Assembly: GCA_951406725.2 (NCBI GenBank)
Contig: OX597821.1
Location: forward strand, 99,882,001-99,946,000
From: Octopus vulgaris
Lineage: Eukaryota
Direction: 5' to 3'
DNA length: 64,000 nt
Notes under the pieces: model-generated
What the model was told of the DNA's origin: nothing
Seen by the model: only the letters and a program-made list of their open reading frames with translations
Database searches by the model: none
Shown: piece by piece, positions 54,869-64,000 of the stretch
Layout: the number at the start of each line of letters is the position of its first letter
Position numbering within the stretch: position 1 is the first letter of the stretch
Made by a program: the position numbers and the translations under genes

Positions 54869-55776
54869 TAATGTAAAAAAAAAAAATAATAGGAGAAATA
54901 TTGAACAGTGAAAAAAAAAAAAACAACACAAAAAAGGGGATAGTCACATTACTGGCCGAGAAGTGCCAGACGGAAACCGGAGACTATAGAATTCTTTGTT
55001 CCGGCACAAAATCATTTGTTACATATAATGAAGCAGAATAACATTGAATAACATTAGCATATTTGTAGAGATCATGTAGAAGCGACCATTTTTCTATCTC
55101 TGCTTTGTCTTAGTCAAGTGAATACATTTAGTTATAGTGCATATAGGGTGTTTATTCACTGAAAATAATACCAGCATTATGAAATACAAGTAGAAAAAGA
55201 ATGAAGGTACGTGGCTTAATGGTTAGGGTTTTGGACTCATGATCGTAAGATTGAGGTTCCAATTCATGGACCGGGCGACGCGTTGTGCTCTTGAGCAAAG
55301 CACTTCATTTCACGTTGCTCCAGTCCACTCAGCTGGCAAAAATGAGTAACGCTGCGATGGACCGGCGCCCCGTCCAGCAGAGAATATATACGCCATTAAA
55401 ACCGAGACCAAGCCATGGATATGGGAAAGGACCAGATAAAACGCGTATTCTTTGGGATCTGGCAATCGACTCAGACAGGAAGATCAAAGCTGTTTGGTTC
55501 GTGATCAGGTACTTCCAGGAAAAGACGTGCATCCTAATTTAGTACCAATCACATCTCACTTTTACTTGTTTCAGTCACTGGGGTACTGCCTTGAAGGGTT
55601 TTGGCGAATGGATTGACCTCATTAAAAATTCATATTTTTTGAGTATTGTATATATTCTATCAGTTCTGTTAGCGAAGCGTTAAGTTGAGGGAGAGGAACT
55701 TAAAGCGACTCTGCTTGTTAAGCTGCGTGTGCGCGCGCAAGTGTGCGTGACAAACAAAAACACGTAGGCACATCTG

Positions 55777-55861
<85 letters not shown>

Positions 55862-56004
55862 TTATCTATCTATCTAACTATCTAGCATACATGTATCAAA
55901 TAAATCCACTTGTAAGACTTTGGTCAGCTTGGGGCTATAGCAGAAAAAATACTTGTCCAAGGTGCTGAGCAGTGGGAATGAACCAGAAACCACTTGGTAT
56001 TTCT

Positions 56005-56845
56005 AAGAGAAATGGAAAAATGATCCAAATATAAAGAAATGGAAACAGAGAAAACTATCATAAAATGAAGGGACTGAAAGGAAAACAATTCCTAAACTAA
56101 TAGGCGCCTCGGGAATTACATGAAGATATGCACAAAAATAAAGAAATAAAAAATGCATAACCAAGACCTTAGGGCTTATATGTATGCACAAAATACATAA
56201 AATGTTATTACTAGGCACGGAACACATATCACTTAATGTACCGCTAGTACAATAGAAAATACAAAACCATAAAGAAAATAAATCACTGCACATATCCAAT
56301 ATTTACGAAGCTAAGCTCAGTAATGCAATAAAAAATACAATATATATATTTATATGGGGTGTAAGGGATTTTCTTCAACTAATATATTATCATAATATTA
56401 CCTATAGCTGGAGTGTAAAAGTAAGTATCTACTGAAAACTAAGGAAAAACTGTTACGAAAAGCAAAACTGAACGAACAAAAAATAAATAGAAACTGTTTT
56501 CTATCTTTTAGGAAGCCAAAAAATCTGAAACAAGCTAAGATAAGAGACAGCAGTATGTAGAATGGAGAAACCACTAAAGAAGATACTAAAGTACTAAAAG
56601 TTAAAGAGAATATTGGATAAGAAAATACGTTGTGATATTGGCAAATAACTACTCTGTAAGGCAAATATCTACCAAGAACGGTGACGGTAGAAATAAATAC
56701 AGAAATGGAAAAACACTCTCGGCTCTGATTGAGAAGTGCAGGACTCAAAGCTGACCACGGGAAATTGTTGATTACCACACAGAGCTTAAGTCTTCCTGTC
56801 TTTCTATCAAACCCTATCAGAAGCATATCATGAAACAGAATACAA
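56005..56845 (+). mobile_element. Old R4-like relics
   Basis: Degenerate matches to subfamily A: agaaatggaaaaa...ttactaggcacggaacacat and gattgagaagtgcaggactcaaagc. Confidence 0.55.
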
Positions 56846-57597
56846 CCAAGAATTTATTCTACTTGTGCAGTACCATTGAAAATCTGCCATTCGGAAGTGA
56901 CTCGTGTCCGCAGTATTGATAAGCTGCAATTATCTACCGCATGTTATCTCTTGTCGCAATTTTGTTTCTCCTGGCTTTGAAGTATACATTCTGTTTTTTT
57001 TTAAAACTATACGTATGTCAAATATGTGGGAACGGTAATTTTTACATTATAAAGTTCCTTCTATTGCATAATCTGATTTTATTATAATTCTGCTGTGTAA
57101 CTGCATCTCAACAAATACAGATAACCAAAGGGTTCAAAGGCAGAATCGATTTGGGCTCGTAACATAAAGAGCTAGAGATAATACTGCTAGGAATTTTTTC
57201 TGACATTCTAACGATTCTGCTTTCCCATCAGCCTTACTAATGGCCTCTCATTGGGCACAAGGCCAGCAATTTTAAGGAAAGAGTTAGCTGTCGATACCAT
57301 TAATCCAAGTGCTTCAAAGGTGAAGTTGACCTCGGCAGGATTTGAAATCAGAACGTGAAGAGCCAGAAGGAAAAATGCTGCAATGCATTTTCCCACTGCT
57401 CTAAGTATTCTCCTAATTCTACTCAATGATTTTAAAGAATAAAAGATATATTGAACAATGGACAATGTATCACCTAGTATACAAAATGACAGCGGTGGCT
57501 ATTTCATCATAGCTCCACACGATAAGAAAGATGAACCGAGTCTAAAGAGTGATCAACGAAACAGAAGCGATAGAATATATGTTGAACATGAGTGAAA

Positions 57598-57645
<48 letters not shown>

Positions 57646-58184
57646 GTGTGTGTGTGTGTATGTGTGTGTGTGTGACAGTGACAAGACAATAAACCATTAA
57701 GTATCCTCTTAGCACAATAAGACCACTAATGAAGAAAAATCGAGCAATATCGGAACATGTAATCTCATAAACCATGAACTCTTTAAACATGTTCAACCTT
57801 ACGAGAATCAAGGACAATTCAGATATAAAAGATTCACAGGTAACAAGAATATTGAACATATATTCCCATCATCTGTTGCCTAACGGATTTCACTATTGTT
57901 TCGACCATTGAAACCGATGGTGTCTGTAGCATTAAATACAGTAAACGCTACCTGGAAATGAAAAGAAAAGCAGCAAGAGCGAAACAGCGTAATATGTTCA
58001 TTACACGTACACCGGCTTTGTATCACAAATATCAACATCGAATATAAACAAAATCGTATTACTTTATTGCTAAAAGGCTAGAACAATAGAAACACTATCT
58101 CATTTTCTATATGAAAACACACAAAGAACAAACAAAACAAAACAAAAATGCACTGAATGTAAAGTAGTGAAACAATACACCTTT

Positions 58185-58620
58185 TAGCCAACGTTCCTGA
58201 ACCATGTGCAAGGGAAAGGACAAGCAAAGATCAATTTCCAGTCGTGGCACTCCGTCGGTTACGACGGCGAGGGTTCCAGTTGATCTGATCAACGGAACAG
58301 TCTGCTAGTGAAATTAACGTGCAAATGGCTGAGTATTCCACAGACATGTGTACCCTTAACGTAGTTCTCGAGGAGATTCAGCGTGACACAGTGTGTAATA
58401 AGGCTGGCTCTTTGAACTACAGGTACAACAGAAAAAGGAAGAAAGAGTGAAAGTTGTGGTGAAAGTGTACAGAAGGGTTCGCCACCACTCTCTGTCGGAG
58501 CCTCGTGGAGCTTTAGGTGTTTTCTCTCAATAACCACTCACAACACCTGGTCTGGGAATCGAAACGGCGATCCTACGACCACGAGTCCGCTGTCCTAACT
58601 ACAGGGCCATTGCGCCTCCA
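58185..58620 (-). mobile_element. tRNA-derived SINE, family 4
   Basis: Minus-strand head ggaggcgcaatggccctgtagttagg...gtttcgattcccagacc; internal segment also seen at 40755-40810. Confidence 0.7.
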
Positions 58621-58717
58621 TAATATCGAGTAAATATAAATAATAATAGTAACTGAAAAATTACTATTTAAAAATTAAAAATTAAGAATTAATCAAAATA
58701 AATAAGCAAATAATATT

Positions 58718-58927
58718 CTTTTCTACTCTAGGCACAAGGCCCAAAACTTTTGAGGGAGGGGGCTAGTCGATTAGATCGACCCCAGTACTCAATTGGTACT
58801 TAATTTATCGACCCCGAAAGGATGAATGGTAAAGTCGACCTCGGCGGTATTTGAACTCAGAACGTAAAGACAGACGAAATACCGCTAAGCATTTCGTGTG
58901 CTAACGTTTCTGCCAGCTCGCCGCCTT
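58718..58927 (-). mobile_element. SINE family 1, tail B
   Basis: TSD aataag(c/t)aaataatatt at 58701-58717 and 58928-58944. Confidence 0.88.
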
Positions 58928-59006
58928 AATAAGTAAATAATATTAATTATAAAATATTATTCTTAAGACAAAGACTTTCAAACAAATTACTAACATAAAT
59001 AAACCA

Positions 59007-59220
59007 AGGTGGCGAGTTGGCTGAAACGCTAGCACGCCGGCAAAAAGCTTAGCGGCAATTCGTCCGACTTTATGTTCTGAGATCAAATTCTGTCGAGGTC
59101 GAGTTTGCCTCTCATCCTTTCGGAGTTGATAAAATAAGTACCAGTTGAACACTGGGGTCTATGTAATCAACTAAACCCCTCCACCGAATGTTTTGGCCTT
59201 GCGCCCTAATTTGAAATTAA
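59007..59220 (+). mobile_element. SINE family 1
   Basis: Head aaggtggcgagttggctgaaacgctagcacgccgg and family body. Confidence 0.8.
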
Positions 59221-60344
59221 TTTAAATAAAACCACCGAAATGCAAACAAAACGAATAACTTTCTCTTTAAGCATACGGCATTAAATGCCTAATATTTAGG
59301 AACAACTAAAATTAGACTCATAAATATTGAATAGAGTTAATTATAGAAAGTATTCAAACTAATACTTTCATCTAAAACCCATAAATATTTATAAGATGAC
59401 CCGGAAAAACAAATAATGTTGAAAATATTCATAATTTAAAAATAAATAATTCTCACGTGCTGCTAAAAAGTTGACGAAAACACGCATTTTAACCACATCG
59501 GTGCCGTAAACCAAAAGGCAGGTAGAAGTCCATATCAATTTTCTAACGGAAGTGACGTTGTACACAATAATATATGACAACCAACTCAAAAACTGCAAAT
59601 AGTGATTTAACCTTCACATTTAATTAAATCTAATCATTCCTTAGAACTCAGTTCATGCAAACTAGTGATCACTCCATATTTTCTTAAAATTTCATTACGC
59701 CTCTTGAAGTAACAGTTAAAATATTTAACTAAACTTTTCTTAACGTTACCTTGTTTTTCCATATATATATATATATCAATAATTTTAAAAATTCTATCCC
59801 AAAGTATTTCAACCAGGATAAAGATGTAATACGAAAATTAAAAGTATCAGTTTTATTGTAAATACTAGGCACAATCTTTTCATTTACACTTTTCAGCTTA
59901 ACAGCTGAAAGTAGTTAACCTCATCTATCAAGTCTACCATTTCTAGTCGCTGCAAGATCTGGATATATTTTCTGAAGTAAATATTCAAAATAATTGTAGT
60001 TAAGAATAAAAGCTCTCATCAATATATCTGCAACATCCACTGTGCTGTTTGATTAAAAATTTCCCCTTCGGTATAAACAATTAAAGAAAGTAAATTCACA
60101 TGAAAGTAAATTCACATGTATATCTGCTAACAAAGAGCTACAATTACTATCCATCGGAATCCCCTTAATTTGTCTAAAGACCTTCCCAGCTTATGTAATA
60201 TATGCGTTATTAACGATGAATGAATTCCCTGAAATATTTAAAACTTGGCACTTATCTGGTAAGATCCAGATAAGATCAAAATATAGATATCTGATTGGAG
60301 ATTTATAATTTTTTTAAGAATCATTTTTTCATTACTGTGAAAAA

Positions 60345-61567
60345 TTGGGTCATCCCATAAATAGTGGGCTTTTTCAATTGCATGAACTAAAAGTCTGAGG
60401 AGTAGGGGATAAACAAGTAATTTTACCTGTACTTATTCTTAGTGCAAATTTTGAAGGATGCAGTTCGATTTTAACAGTTACTTTTTCAAAGCTACAATGG
60501 AAGTGACAAAGGAGAATATCCGGCATATTTTGCTTTATGAATTCAATAAAGGCAATAACGCAACAGAAAGTGCGGTGAATATTAATGCAATATATGGGGA
60601 TCGGACAATAAGTGTAAGCCAGTATCAAAGGTGGTTCCAGAAACTACAGCCTAGAAGACGAACTTCGTCCTGGAAGATCTGTAGAGGACGTCCTGCAAAC
60701 CATAGTGCAACAAAATCCCACCGTAACTGTTGAGGAACTAGCAGGGAAAGCTTGGATTTAGTCATTCAACCATTCATCGACACCTGCGTGCCATCGGAAA
60801 AGTCAGAAAATTAGGTCAATGGGTTTCTCATAAACTTTCCGAGTTTAATCCCGAGTAGAGAGTGAATGTGTGCTCTTCTTTGCATTCACATCTCACGAAT
60901 GAACCTTTTTTGGACCGAATAGAGACTGGTGACGAGAACTAGGTTCTCTATAAAAATGTCAAGCGCCGAAGACAGCGGATAGCGAAAGGAGAAACACTGG
61001 TACCTCAGGCTAAAGAAGGGCTTCACTGACGTAAGGTGTTGTTACCTGCTTGGTGGAATACGAAAGGTTTAGTCCACTTTGAACTTTAAAACCCAAACCA
61101 AACGAGAACAAAGATCTACAGCGAGCAGTTTGAGCAGCTTAAGTCAGCGCAAGCAGAAAAACGACCATCTTTGGTGTCGAGACGAAAGGTGCTTTTCCGT
61201 CAGGATAATACTCAGACATACAGCAAGGATGACTTTCCAAAGGCTGGAACAGTTTGAATGGGAAACGATGTCCCACCCACGATATTCGCCAGACATTGCC
61301 CCATCTGATTATCATTTATTTCGCAGTCTTCAAAATCATTTGGACGGGAAAAATATGAATTCTTTAGACGAGGTCAGAAGAATACTGGAGGAGTACTTTT
61401 CGTCACGGACAAGTGAATTTTGGAAAAGGAGCCTTGTAAGTCTACTAGATAGATGGAAGAGCATTGTAGAAAATGAAGGAGAGTATATTTTAGATTAAAA
61501 AAGAACTTTGTTTATCTTAATTTTGAAAAATAAAAGAAAATAACCGCATTATTTAGAAGATGACCAA
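60345..61567 (+). mobile_element. Full-length, inactive mariner (D,D34D) transposon
   Basis: Imperfect TIRs ttgggtcatcccataaatag / cattatttagaagatgaccaa; transposase 60497-61498 with frameshifts and stops: MEVTKENIRHILLYEF, WVSHKL, TGDE, HPRYSPDIAPSDYHLF. Confidence 0.92.
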
Positions 61568-62097
61568 AGAGATTAAATACTATCATACATTTTAATTATG
61601 ATAGCCTTGAATTAGCTAAGAGCAAGTCTCTTCCTCTTATGAAGAAATGAAATGGATATACTAACCAAATTGATCAATCTCAAAAATATAATAGTCACTT
61701 CAACAGGGAAATAAAAGTATTATTACGAATAGAAAAAAAATAAAGAAAAACAAATTTGTAATCGAAGTGTCCAAAAACTAATTTAAGTATCTAATCGAAG
61801 TGCCTAAAAGGCTAAGCGGAGACTGTGAGATTCTTAAATCGATATAGAGGAGTTCCCAATTATCCACTCTCAATATGTGTCACACTTCGAAGCAATATTC
61901 ATATCCTGAAGTTTATACGAATGTATGTATGTATGTATGTATGTATGTATGTATGTATGTATGTATGTATGTATGTATGTATGTATGTATGTATGTATGT
62001 ATGTATGTATGTATGTATGTATGTATGTATGTACGTAAGAGTACGTACATGCATACATGCATGCATACATATATACATACATACATATATACATACA

Positions 62098-62191
<94 letters not shown>

Positions 62192-62730
62192 CCTCCGTGT
62201 TGAGTCTAAGACCGTGTGGGAAGATGAATGGAGGCATAACATCACCAGCACTAGTGTTCATTTCAAATATCATGATATTAACAGGATGTTTGATTTTTAT
62301 CAATCTCGGTACATGTCCTCAGATTGCACTGTCCTCTGATTGACACCCAAACACTCTGAAATGTTCATATTGGAACTTCCGACGCGAATGCCAAAGAAGT
62401 ACAACATGTTGTTTCCAAATTTCTGGCAGAGTGAATTGTGTCATGGTGCGATTTTTCTCACAGACAGTGCCCAACTGCCCCTACTATACTGTGAAGTCGA
62501 CAAAAGAAAAACAAAACAAACAAACAATACACATGCGCGAAATTAAAAATTATAAAATGGCGACAATTTACCCATTGTACCCTGTATGCAAACACACACA
62601 CACACATGTATGTATGTGTATATATATGCATAAGTCTTTAAATATATTCAATAAGAATATTATGTACAGAATTTATATTGAGTGCTTAATTGTATCAAAA
62701 TATTAATACTATTAAAGTATTTATATATTA

Positions 62731-62777
<47 letters not shown>

Positions 62778-62892
62778 TTATATATATGTATATATATATA
62801 TATAATATATATATATAATATATATATAATATATAATATATATATCACTGTGTATATATATATATGTAATATATATATCACTGTGTACATAT

Positions 62893-62999
<107 letters not shown>

Positions 63000-63401
63000 G
63001 TATAGCTTTCGCTTTAGAGAAGTGTCTTTTATCATCCACCAAATCAAGAACTGCTGAAAATAAGAGCTAGATTCCTTTAAATTCCCCACTTATGTCTTGC
63101 TAGTTGAAGGGTAGATTGTATAATTTCGTCCTAGATATATGCAAAGACGTGATGGTCAAGGCTGGAATGCATTTGATGATAGATCTGCTTCATGAAAACT
63201 GACTTAAATGTAAACAACATCAACAACATTTATATCGATATTAATTCTTATCATTTATTGTAAAGGCGAAGAGACATTTATTGCTGTCGATCATGACCGA
63301 ACAAACTTTTGGCTAAAACAGAAAAAAACCCACCCCGGCCATGATCACCCTGTTTATGGTAGGCCTCTATAGAGACACGTATCTAATATATCCTTCTAAA
63401 G

Positions 63402-63660
63402 CAGGGGTTCTCAACTATTTTTTTTACCTATGGGCCCCTTTGAATCCTATTTTTTTAAGTGGACCCCTATAGCCATTCGATGTTTAAAAAATGCTACTGT
63501 TTTTTTATAATTATAAGGACATAAAAGAACAAATTTATTGCATCTAAACTTTTACTGGTCAGAAGCACAGTTTTTTTATGGTCCCTGAAAAATGACCATT
63601 GATCCTCAGTTTACTATATTGCATCCATGGACACCCCAAAATCTTATCTGGACCCCGATT
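63402..63660 (+). mobile_element. hAT-type MITE relic
   Basis: Starts caggggttctcaac with repeated ggacccc motifs; right TIR not clear. Confidence 0.45.
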
Positions 63661-64000
63661 GATTCCCCCCCCTGTTTTTTTGTTTGTTTGTAAGACAGTG
63701 GAACGTAATTTTGGGGACGACTAGCAAAAAAGCAGCTGCAGAAAGTCACCGCCATTGGATCAGGCGAACACAGAAATGGTCTGATGGTCTTTCAGCAGTG
63801 CAAAGAAATAATGAGCATTAGCTTTGTAAAGAATTCTGCTTCAGCTGAAGAACTGAAGCTAGAACGCAAACTCAGGTACGTATGTGCATTCACAAAACTA
63901 CCTTAACCATTGAAATAATTCTTATCCTAATAATATAAATATGATACTATAAAAATAATGAAAAAATAGTGAAAAGCCATTTCGGGAAATATTATTATTA

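Overview
AT-rich, microsatellite-saturated eukaryotic DNA. The SINE families and repeat landscape suggest an octopus (coleoid cephalopod) genome, which is an inference. Nearly all ORFs in the supplied track are translations of (TA)n, (CA)n, (TATG)n, (CTAT)n or (AAT)n repeats and are not genes. I found one host exon: a 153-bp minus-strand exon (52394-52546) encoding TM1 and the TM1-TM2 linker of a Cys-loop GABA-A-type subunit (GRD/CG8916-like, with an 'SDR' selectivity motif instead of 'PAR'). The rest of the window is probably intronic. It holds (i) several subfamilies of R4/Dong-like RLE non-LTR retrotransposons strung through (AAT)n arrays, with a non-coding ~550-bp passenger element; (ii) a head-to-tail, ORF1-only ('half-LINE') element whose 3' tail is shared with a tRNA-SINE; (iii) at least 7 minimal type-I hammerhead ribozyme motifs from several families, mostly in short elements within (TA)n/(CA)n repeats, plus a Penelope-like RT relic; and (iv) mariner, MULE, Helitron/Helentron and hAT remnants and many SINEs. 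All calls were made by eye, with no database searches or folding runs.
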